From Antechinus flavipes (lineage: Eukaryota), in NCBI RefSeq assembly GCF_016432865.1, contig NC_067398.1, forward strand, positions 342,426,001-342,490,000: a stretch of 64,000 bases of DNA. The letters run 5' to 3'. Of the stretch, positions 1-18,900 are shown one piece after another. A program made the translations under genes and the position numbers. Numbering within the stretch: the stretch's first letter is position 1; every line of letters begins with the position of its first letter. The notes below the pieces were generated by a model, which worked only from the letters and a program-made list of their open reading frames with translations, was not told where the DNA came from and searched no databases.

Positions 1-207
1 TCTCTTCTGACTCTCTACTCCTCTCAAGACTTAAGATCTCTCTAAAGGCAAGATCTAGAGCTGCTATGTCTCTGCCTATCAAGTGCAGGAACCCAAGGAT
101 GGATCTTGGTCTCCTTTTCCTCTGTCTTCTTGTAAGCATAGAAACCAAATTCAAAACCACAGAATTGGGTACATGAGGTTCTCATAAAGACCAATAAGAT
201 CAGCTCA

Positions 208-7395
<7,188 letters not shown>

Positions 7396-8229
7396 GGCCG
7401 TCTTGCAAGTTCTTGCTGGGCAGAAGGGCACCTCCTGGACTGGCTGCTGATGGCTTCAAATGCCCCAGATCAGACACAGGCACAAATTTAGCTCCTGGCT
7501 CTATTCTCGATGAATTCATTGCACCCATGATGGACAGAAGGGCAGGCCAGGGGCAGAGCACCCCCTTCAGGGACATTCCCTGAGTTGGGGTAGGCAACAA
7601 GCCAGAGCACCAGTCTTGAAGGCATAGTCCAAGACTGGAGAGGCTGTGGAGTGAGGCTTCGGGGTGGGGGTTGAGGGGTACAGTGGAAGATCTAAGGATT
7701 CCTCTTCTTCCTCTAACCCCTGCTTTCTGGCTCACCCACCTGCACCGCAGGCCCTGCCAGGCAGATTTCTTCCAGAGAAGTGCCACTTGACCAACCTTGG
7801 CAGCACTGCCCCGAGGCTATTAAAAGCTTTATTGCCAAGAGGGATTTTAGAGATCCTCTAGTTCAAATCCCTCGTTTTTCATCTGAGGAAACAAAACCCT
7901 GAGAAGTTAAAAGTGGCTTGGTCATGGTAGCAAAAAGCAGAGCCATGTCTTCCAGTTCCAAATTCATTGTTCTTTTTTTTTTTTTTCTCCAACCAAAAAG
8001 GAAGAATTGACTAAAACAAGTGATGGATTGAGACACAAAAGACACTGCCTACACTTCTGGGGCGACCCTCATCCCCTTACACCTGGATTGTTGAACTAAA
8101 CTGTTTATGGGTCCACCTGCCTCTGATCTCTCCCCTCTCTAGTCTATTTCCTCTTTATTCTGCATAACAGGGCTTCTTCAATTTTTTTCTACTCATGACC
8201 CTTTTTAACTTCTGAAATCAGTCTGCTCA

Positions 8230-11200
8230 TCATTTTTTTAAATAACAGCTTTTTATTATCAAAATATATGCAAAGATAGTTTTCAACATTCACTCTTGAA
8301 AAACCTTGTGTTTCAAATTTTTCTCCCTTCCTTTTTCCTACTCCCTCCCCTAGATAGCAAGTAATCCAACATGTTAAACATGTGCAATTCTTCTGTATGT
8401 GTTTCTACATTTATTATGCTGCACAAGAAAAATCAGATCAAAAAGGGAAAAAAATGAGAAAACAAGCAAGCAAACAATAACAAAAAAGTGAAAATATTAT
8501 GTTGTGATTCACAATCAATCCCTACAATCCTCTTTCTGGATGCATATGGGTCTCTCCATCACAAATCTACTGGGATTGTGTGATCACCTCATTGTTGAAA
8601 AGAGCCAAATCCATCACAGTTGATAACCACATAATCTTCTTGTTGCTCTGCAGAGTGTTCTCTTGGTTCTACTCACTTCACTCAGCATCAATTCACCTAA
8701 GTCTGCCCAGGCCTTTTTGAAATCATCCTGCTGATCATTTCTTATAGAATAATAATATGACATTACATTCATATAGTATAATTTATTCAGCCATTCCCCA
8801 ACTGATGAGCCTCCACTCAATTTCCAATTCTTTGCCCTCTACAAAAAGGACTGACATTTTTGCACGTGTGGGTTCTTTTCCCTCTTTTTTGATCTCTTTA
8901 GGATACAGAACCAGTAACGAGATTGTACAGCAAAGTTTCTTAAACTGGGGATTACAACTCCATATAGGATCAAGTAACTGAATGTGGAGGTCATGAAATT
9001 ATGGTTTATTATCAGTAAATATTTGATCTCTATACCTATTTTATAAACCTATATACTTGAGGTCATGTAAAAAGTTGCTGGAATAGTAATGAAGACACAC
9101 TGATTTCAGAAAAGTCTGTAAAGACTTACATGAACTGATGCTGAGTAAAGTGAGCACAAACAAGAGAACACTCTGCATAGCAATAACAATATTATGTGTG
9201 GTCAACTGTGATGAACTTGTCTATTCTCAACAATAAGATGATTCAAGGCAATTCCAATAGACTTGGGATGGAAAATGCTAATCACATCCAGAGAAAGAAC
9301 TATGATATGGATTGAAACACAGCATTTTCATCTTTTTTTGTTTGTCTGTTTCCTCTTTTGATCTGATTTTTCAATAGATGACAAGTATGAAAATAAGTTT
9401 AAGATGATTGTACATATTTAATCTATATCAGATTGATTGCCATCTTGGGGAGAGGAAGATAAGGGAGGGGTGGAGAAAATTATCTTTACATGTATTTGGA
9501 AAAATAAAATACTATTGAGAAAAACTTAATAAAAGAAATTTTGCTGTATATAATTTGTTTTCTATATATTTGATTTCATGTTGTTTTCCACATTAGATTG
9601 TAAACTCCTTGAAGGCAAGAACTGTCTTTTGTCTCTTTTTGTATGCCCAGGGTTTAGCACAATGTCTGGCAAACAGTGGGTATTTAGTATTTATTTGCTA
9701 AAAGAACTGTGTGCTGTATTGGGCCACAAAAGAACCAATTCACTTACTAGATGCCACCATTGAGCTAAGTGCTTTACTCGTATCTCATTTCATTCTTACA
9801 ACCACCAGTAGGGAGAGGAGCTATTATTACATTTTACATGTAATCTCTGTTTTAAAGTCCATCAGCATGGGATTCTTTTTTTATAGGAGAGATGAATCCC
9901 ATGTCCTGCTTAAGAAACTGGGCAGAGTTAGAGAGAAATGAGTCCTTCAGTGAATCCTTCTTTAGAAATTTTCCAATTGGGAGTCTTCTGTGAAATCAGC
10001 TTTGAGCTTTGAGAGAGATGGAAGAAAACATGAGAGGAGCAAGCAATCCCTATCACATTTCTTTACCTAGCTTGCAACTTTAGAGATTCTGAGGAGTTTC
10101 CCTGTGGGTGAGTTCTAGGACATTGTCTTTGGTTGAGTTAAGTTGTCTTGCTCTCAATGGAAGAGCTCCTTCATTCTGTATTATCTGATATATATATATA
10201 TATATGTATGTATGTGTATATATATATATATATTCTCTTATGTATACTTTCTCTGATTTCTGTTTTGCTACAATTTGGATAAATGGACTTTATTATTATT
10301 TCTATGTGTATTCACTGTAGAATTGATATCAAATAGGAGAAGGGTCAAACCTTGGAAATTTAACTTGGGGTCACCTTGACCCAAATGACAGTGATCAAAA
10401 GTCAGCTGGAAGCTAATCATATGCTTTAAATCAGAGCATATGATTTTTTAAAATCAGAGCATATTTTTTCTGCCAAGGGTCATTTGGATATTCATTCATT
10501 AATTTATTTAAAATAATAACTTTTTATTTTAAAAATATATGTAAAGATAGTTTTCAACAATTATCCTTGCAAAACCTTGTGTTCCAAATTTTTCTCCCTC
10601 CCTTCTCCCCACCTCTTTGACAGCAAGTAATTCAATATGTTAAACATATGCAATTCTTCTACATATATTTCCACAATTATGCTGCACAAGAAAAATCAGA
10701 TCAAAAAGGAAAAAAAATGAAAGAAAATAAAAAGCAAGCAAACAACAACAACAAAAATATGAAAATACTATGTTGTGATCCACATTTAGTACCCTTTCTG
10801 GATGCAGATGGCTTTCTCCATCACAAGTCTATTGGAATTGGCCTGATCTAAAAGATCACAGCATTTGAAAAAGATGAAAAGAACCACATCATTTGGTTAT
10901 TTATAATATCATTTCAGGGCCATCCAAAATTATCAACTTATAGAACCCAAGCTGTGGCTGGTTATTGAACTTACTTTTCAGCTTATAATTGTCAGCGATT
11001 ACCCTAGTAATTGATTTTGCCAGCCTTATACAGCCTTGTGAGCCTGATGTTCCTCACCCCTTCTAAATGAACAATATTTAAGGAATCCACTCTCTCTGAG
11101 ACCAGAGTGGTGGTGATCTCTAGTCACAACATCCTATTTCTTCTTTTGTCAGGAAAGTCTCCCCAGGAGAAGAATAAGGGCAAGAGGCTTGAAATGTCTG

Positions 11201-11860
11201 TTCTGGTTTCCTTCAAATCACACATGGGCCTTCACCACACTACATTCACTATAATGTAATAGAGCTACAGAAGCTGAAGAAACTGAGACAAAGTTAAGTG
11301 ACTTGACCAGAATCACAAAGATATCTGAGGTCAAATTTGAACTTTTGAGACTTCCTAATTCCCAGGCCCAGCACTTTATCCACTGTGCTGTCTTCAACTG
11401 TGAGTTGATTTCAGGCAGTCTGAATTTTTAAAATGGAATGACCTGGAAGGGGTGAGAGGAGGGAAAAGAGAGAGGATTAAAAGGGTGGAAGGAGCTTTTT
11501 ATTTTATTATCTTTTTTCCTCTTAAAAAAAAAAAAAACTTTTTTATTATTTTTTTTTTGTTATAAATGTACATTAATTTTTAAAATATACATTTCCTTGT
11601 GAATCATGTTGGGAGAGAAAAATCAGGACAAAAAGGAAAAATCCACAACAGAAGAAAAAAAAAAGAAAAGAAAAGTGAACATAATATGTGCTGATTTGCA
11701 TTCATCCTTCATAGTTCTCTTTCTGGATGTGTTTTCTATCCAAAGTTTATTGAGATTGCCTTGGATCACTGAAGCACTGAGAAGAACCATGTCTTTCATA
11801 GTTGATCATCATTCAATTTTGCTATTACCGTGTTCACTGTATTCCTGATTCTACTTGGGA
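8230..11860. mobile_element. Cluster of old L1 3'-end fragments (approx. 8230-8940 -, 9060-9520 +, 10510-10850 -, 11540-11860 -) with MIR/L2-like remnants
   Basis: Recurrent marsupial L1 3' motifs (GCACAAGAAAAATCAGATCAAAAAGG, CCATTCCCCAACTGATG, GACTTACATGAACTGATGCTGAGT) that also recur elsewhere in the window. Boundaries are approximate. Confidence 0.7.
10188..10233. repeat. (TA)n/(TATG)n microsatellite
   Basis: Direct reading: atatatatatatatatatgtatgtatgtgtatatatatatatatat. Confidence 0.9.
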
Positions 11861-13559
11861 AAGAGCTTTTTATCAACTGCTAGAAATAGTTCAAGGTGGG
11901 GAGAGGGAAGATTGACTCACTCTAAGGGAGGGTATGTTCTGGGCCAGAACTAACTGAGGGTGGTTTGGGTTTAGAATTAAAACAAAATGAGACAATTGTA
12001 AATCATTTAACTTCTAACAAGATAAATTTATTTAACGAAAATACAGAAAAAAGAATATTCTGCAAAGATGTAACTTTGATTCTGTAGGACTCCAATTCCC
12101 TCTCCTCGGTCTTTTCTACAATAGAGTATGTTTTTGTTTGCTCAGCCTGCAGGTCTTAGGAACCCAGATTTCCACATGTTGGGATGTTATGTGTAGATGA
12201 TCAGGAAGCTGCAAGATTCCAAGCCTGTCTTCTGGACCAATCCAGTAGAAGAAAGTCCCATTGCCTTTTTAGCAGAAAACTAGCCTAGCCTGCATGTAAG
12301 GGCTAAGAAGTATTAGAAAATTAACAAAAAGATAATGCCAAAAATTATTCTGTTTACACTCTGAGAATGTTTTTCTTCCTCTTTGCCAAAAGGGACATTT
12401 ATTTAAGAGAAAAGATTACAGAAAAAATAAAGAGGTAAAATAGGCACAAGAAGTGGTAAATATGAAATAGATTTGGGAGAGCAATAGCAAACCAAAGAAA
12501 GGAGTTTGGAAGTACCTATTAAAGGAATATGCCATGAAGCCTGAGTATGACATTGCCTGGCAGGCTAGATCCATAGAGGAGTTTAGTAGACTGAGCAGTT
12601 AGCTATAGTAAGGAGAAAGACATCATTAAAGGGAAGACATTATGAGGGAGAGAGAAAAATCTCTCCCTCACAGTGGATTTAGTCCTGAAAAGGATTTAGC
12701 CTAAAATGGGAACATTTAAAAGAGATTTGGTGCATTTTATTGGAAACATTCTGGAGCACAATATATTGAAGCTGCAAGTGAACTTAAGGTGGGAGGAGCT
12801 TGCTGATTAAGAAGGCACCCCTTGATTCACACATATCCAGGCCTGGCAGTGACATAAATTGATTCTGAAGAACTGGGAAAAGAGAAAATGGAGACATACA
12901 CATGGCATGGCACTGAGCTGGGGACTCTGGGTGTGGGCATTTTTGGGAGTGCATTGAAGTCATCTGGAAGAAAAGGATTACTAATACCATGCTCCTATCA
13001 CTTGAAGACAAGAGATGTGGTGGGAGCAGTAGAAGCTATAAGACAGCAATTGATTGGATACAGAGGGAGACAAAGAGAGAAGAGTCAAGAATGACTCTAT
13101 CCAAAGCAATCCTAAAAGATTTTAAATTTAAAATGTTATCTACACCCAGAAGAAGAACTAAGGAGACCAAAAGTAAATCAACACATGCTAGTTTCACTTC
13201 CTTTTTCTTTTCTTTTCTTTTTTTTTATCCCATGATTTTTCCCTTTGGCTCTGACTTTTCTCTCCCAACATGATTCACAAAGCAATGTGTATTAAAAAAA
13301 TAAATAAACAAACAAGCAAATAAATAAATAAAAAGAATGATTCTAAACCTACAGAATCAGGTGACTTGAAGAATACTGAGGGGAGAAATGAGCGAGAAGT
13401 GCTTCCAGGATGACCAGGCATTTCCTCGTTTTCTCAGCAATCTATATCAAAAGACTGCCATATAAACACAATTTAGGAGGATCTCAGGATCTCTTAGTGC
13501 ATTTTACAAGATGGATACCAGAGTATCCGAGATAGCCATTGGGCTGAGAGTCTTTTTGA

Positions 13560-14053
13560 TGTGGGAAAGATTAGTTTCTAGATTCCCATCCCCTCCTAGT
13601 GAATGTAATTACCCTTTGACTCACAAATCCTGGTCCCTTTGAATTCCAATAGAAGATCTGGACTTGTCCCAGCCCCACCCGGATCTGAGCCAACTTTGAG
13701 GCTACACCCAAAAGCCCCTCGAGCTAAGTCTCCTATTATAAAAAGACCACGCTGGAAACCCCTCTTTGCAGAGATTCCAAACATGGTAGCCATGTGAGGA
13801 CACTCTGTCCACTGGACCCTTTGTCTAGTGCCCTCCTTATCTCTATCTTCACCTAATAATAAACCTCTTTTATCAATCTAGCTCTCCGGGCCAATAAATG
13901 CTTTTATTGGGAACTCGCGCCGCTACTAGACCCCATTTACCGCCGTATCCAAGGGGGTTGCAGGGGAGCTTTGCTTGACTCTCTGTATCCCAAACCTGCC
14001 ACTAAACCTTAACTAAACCCAATTTCATTTAGGTACCCCAAATCTAGACCTCA
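13560..14053 (+). mobile_element. Probable solo ERV LTR
   Basis: TG...CA ends. U3-R-U5 layout with TATAAAA at about 13737, AATAAA at about 13858 and 13893, and a CpG-retaining U5. A TSD could not be resolved, so the boundaries are uncertain. Confidence 0.6.
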
Positions 14054-15329
14054 AAATTTTCAACAGGATAAATTCTACTGCAGTCCATATTATCAACTGA
14101 AATTCATCCAGTATTCATCCAGGGGAAGATTGTGTACATAAATTCCAAAAGAAAGCATGAGAATTCCTTACCTTTGAACTCAAACCCAATATCCTCTAGG
14201 TATCTCTAACTCAACATATAAAAAAAAAAAAACAATAAATAAAAACTTATGCTTCTTCCAAGCCTCCTCCTCTTTTGAACTTTACTGCTATTGTTCTGGG
14301 CATGACCATCATTCCTGTCACCCAGGCTCACAATCTTGGGGCTTTCCTCAGCTTATCACTCACCCTTTTCCCACATGTTATTAGTTTTTCTTGTTGTGTT
14401 ACCTTTTGCATATCTCCTCTCCAAGCTCCCCCCCCCTTTTTTTAAACATAGCATGTGTTGATTGACATTCAACCTCCATAGTTATTTTTCTAGATATAAC
14501 TGGCATTTTCTATCCAAAGTCTATTGGAATTGCCTTGGATCACTGAACTACTGAGAAGAACCAAGTCTTCCATAGTAGATCATCACACATTCTTGCTGTT
14601 ATTGTGTACGACGTATTCCTAGTTCTGCTTGTTCTGGTCAACATCCGTTTGCTTAAATCTTTCTAGACCTTTGTAAAATCAGCTTGTTCATCATTATTTA
14701 TAGAACAATTTCTAGAAATAGAACATATTTTATAGAACAATGGAATAATATTCCATTACTTTCATGTACCACAACTTGTTCAGCCATTCCCCAACTGATG
14801 GGCATCTATTCATTTTCCAATTCTTTGCTATCGCAAAAAGAGCAGCTACAAGCATTTTTGCACATGAGTCCTTTCCCCTTCTTTATGATTTCCTTGGGAT
14901 ACAGACCCAGTAATGGTTCCAACTTCCTTTCAGATACAGCAGCATCTCTTCTAAGAGGTCTTCCTCATTCTCCCTCACTCCTAATTTTTAGTGCTATCTC
15001 CTTTAAAGTTATTTAACACGTATTCTACTTTTATAATATATATTTTGATTTATATCTGTTGTATCTCCCATTAGAATGTAATCTCCTTAAACCCAGGGAA
15101 GGTTTTACCAGTTTAATCAATGCTTGTTGACTTGGCAATAAATTGCAGATAGTTGCTGATGGGCAATGGCAGAGAGAGTCTCTTACAGGACGGATAAAAC
15201 CATAGGCCTAATTCGAGGGGAAAACAAAAAAACAAAAAAAAAAAACCCGACAACAATAAAATAAAAGCAAAAACTCAACTCATACAGCAATACTTAATTC
15301 TCTCTGATCCAGACTTTTTAACTGTCTGA

Positions 15330-15900
15330 CTAAGCCCCGCCCATCAATCATTGCCGAAGTGCCCGGACTACGATTCCCACAGTGCTCTGCGCGTGGGGCT
15401 GGGGCCCGGACGGATGGCTTCCAAAGCGCAGGCGGATTCATGGCCCCGCCCCTGCCCGGTCCCCTCTGACCGTCCTTTACTCTGCTGCAGCTAGGCCGCG
15501 CGCAAAGCCAGCGGAGAGGAAAGCTCGAGAAGGGGAAACACGACTTGCGGGGGCGCCCTGCGAGCGAGCTGAGAGCTGAGGCCTAAAGGTACCCCTGTCG
15601 TCCCGCGGCCGCGATGCCCAAGGACTGGGACAAGGATGTGTATCCGGAGCCGCCGCGCCGCACACCGGCGCCCGACCCGATCACTTCGCTGCCCAACCCG
15701 GTCGTAATCCTGACGGACGTTTTCAATTTCCTCATAGACCGGCCCGTCACCCACTTCCGAGGTAGGGCGCCCCCGAATAGGCTTTCCCTCCCCCACTTCC
15801 AGTCCCAGTGCCCCTTCTCCCGGGCGAGGAGGGAGGCGGAGCGAACCCTCCTCGGGCACGCACTTCTACGCGTGTGCGCGCCTTGGGGTGGGGGGCGAGA
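15330..15900. promoter_or_regulatory. CpG-island promoter of NDUFB10 with ZNF143/Staf motif and GC boxes
   Basis: CpG-rich. GACTACGATTCCCACAGTGC at 15366-15385 matches the ZNF143 ACTACNNTTCCCA motif. CCCCGCCC boxes at 15335-15342 and 15444-15451. Confidence 0.75.
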
Positions 15901-18900
15901 GGTAAGGGATCACTGAGAACCTGGAACAAGGTGAACCGAAGGACAAAATGAGGCATGTAATATGGGAGCACGGGGACAAAAGGGGCACAGGTCTGGCCTC
16001 GGAAGGGCCATCTAGAAAGAGAAACTGAGGCCAGCAGGGAGCTGTTGGCTTAGCCATTGCCCGTGTCAGAGGTGGAGCCCCCTCCCTAGGCTGGGTTCTT
16101 TCCATTGGAATAACAGTCATAATAATCATAATAATAATAATAAGCATTTATTTATCCCATTATCTCATTGTTTTCCCCTCGAAGTACTTCATTTTACAGA
16201 TAGGGAAACTGAGGCAGGTGACTGTTAAATGACTTGGTCAGGGAAAGTGGATGGCCGGAAGTCACAAAGTTACTCCGTGTCTGAACTGAATTTGAACTCC
16301 TTACTCAAGGTCCAGCACTATCCATTAATATCCCCATAGAACAGATAGTCCTGGAGCAGACATGTTGGGGACCACAGAAGGCTAAAGTTGGTGATGTAGT
16401 GGCCAAATTTGGGTAGCTTGGACGTGTTCCTCTGGAGAATTTGATGGCCTTATATCTTATTTGGTGGTTCCGACTTCTGAGATGCCTTCATGTTTCCTGT
16501 TCTGTCTCCAACGCAGGGATTCCACAGGAATATAGCTTCCTATGGGACTCCCATCTATTTGCTGGCAAGGAAACTCACATTTGCTTGGGTTTGAGTCCAT
16601 TTATAAATCTTCAAGAAGTACCTTCTAGTATGAAATAGAAGTACAAAAGAGATATAATGTCCACTCTACTCTTAAGAAATGTAACAGTTTTAAGTGTCAA
16701 GTGGACTCAATAAGCATTAAGTGACCATTATTTTTCAGGAGGTAAAAAGAAAGGCAACAACAACAAAAAAAAAAGTCTATTTTTTCAAGAAAATCTTATA
16801 TAGTGGCAGTGGAGGCAGCAAAATGCAAATAGCTATGTACAGGAAAAATTTGAAATAATCAACAGAAGGAAGGCACTAATTTTTTTCCTATTTTTCCAAA
16901 TACATATAAAGATAGTTTTCAACATTCATTTTTGTAAGACTTTGTGTTCCAATTTTCCCTCCCTCTCGCCTCCTCCCCTCCCCAAGACAGCAAGCAATCT
17001 GATAGAGGTTATATATCCTTTTAAGTATATTTCTGTTATTTGTCATATTGTACAAAAAAAATCAGATGGGGGGGCACCACAAGAATGAAAAAAAACAAAA
17101 AGAAAAAGGTGAAAATATTATGCTTCAATCCACATTTAGGCTCTCTTTCTGGATGTGATTGTCATTTTCCACCCGAAGTCTATGGAAACTGCCTTAAATC
17201 ACCACATTGTTGAGAAGAGCCAAGTCCATCACAGTTGATTATCATACAGTATCTCTATTAATGTGTATAGTATTCTCCTGGTTCTGCTCTCTTCACTCAA
17301 CATCAGTTCATGTAGAACTTAACAGGCTTTTCTGAAATCAGCCTGCTCATCATTTCTTTTTTAAATAACTTTTTGTTGACAGAACCCATACCAGGGTAAT
17401 TTTTTACATTATCCCTTGCACTCACTTCTGATTTTTCCCCTCCCTCCCTCCACCTCCTCCCCCAGATGGCAAGCAGTCCTGTACATGTTAAATAGGTTAC
17501 AGATACTCTAGATACAATATATGTGTGCAGAACCAAACAGTTTTCTTGTTGTACAGAGAGAATTGGATTCATAAGGTATAAATAACCTGGGAAGAAAAAC
17601 AAAAATGCAAGCAGTTTATATTCATTTCCCAGTGTTCTTTCTTTGGATGTAGCTGCTTCTGTCCATCCTTGATCAATTGAAACTGAGTTAGATCTCTTTG
17701 TTGAAGAAATCCACTTTTTTTTTTTAATTTTTTATTTAATAATTACTTTATATTGACACTCGTTTCTGTTCCGATTTTTTTTCCCTCCCTCCCTCCACCC
17801 CCTCCCCTAGATGGCAAGCAGTCCTTTATATGTTGGATATGTTGCAGTATATCCTAGATACAATATATATTTGCAGAACCGAACAATTCTCTTGTTGCAT
17901 AGGGAGAATTGGATTCAGAAGGTATAAATAACCCGGGAAGAAAAACAAAAATGCAGATAGTTCACATTCGTTTCCCAGTGTTCTTTCTTTGGGTGTAGCT
18001 GCTTCTGTCCGTCATTTATCAATTGAAACTCAGTTAGGTCTCTCTGTCAAAGAAATCCACTTCCATCAAAATATGTCCTCATACAATATCGTTGTTGAAG
18101 TGTATAATGATCTCCTGGTTCTGCTCATTTCACTTAGCATCAGTTCATGTAAGTCTCGCCAGTCCTCTCTGTATTCATCCTGCTGGTCATTTCTTACAGA
18201 GCAATAATATTCCATAACATTCATATACCACAATTTACCCAGCCATTCTCCAATTGATGGGCATCCATTCATTTTCCAGTTTCTAGCCACTACAAACAGG
18301 GCTGCTACAAACATTTTGGCACATACAGGTCCCTTTCCCTTCTTTAGTATTTCTTTGGGATATAAGCCTAGTAGAAACACTGCTGGATCAAATGGTATGC
18401 ACAATTTGATAATTTTTTGGGCATAATTCCAGATTGCTCTCCAGAATGGTTGGATTCGTTCACAACTCCACCAACAATGCATTAGTGTCCCAGTTTTCCC
18501 GCATCCCCTCCAACATTCATCATTATTTTTTCCTGTCATCTTAGCCAATCTGACAGGTGTGTAGTGGTATCTCAGAGTTGTCTTAATTTGCATTTCTCTG
18601 ATCAATAATGATTTGGAACACTCATATGAGTGGTAATAGTTTCAATTTCATCCTCTGAAAATTGTCTGTTCATATCCTTTGACCATTTATCAATTGGAGA
18701 ATGGCTTGATTTCTTATAAATTTGAGTCAGTGAAGAAATCCACTTCCATCAGAATACATCCTCATACAATATCGTTGTTGAGGTATATAATGATCTCCTG
18801 GTTCTGCTCATTTCACTTAGCATCAGTTCATGTAAGTCTCGCCAGTCCTCTCTGTATTCATCCTGCTGGTCATTCCTTACAGAACAATAATATTCCATAA

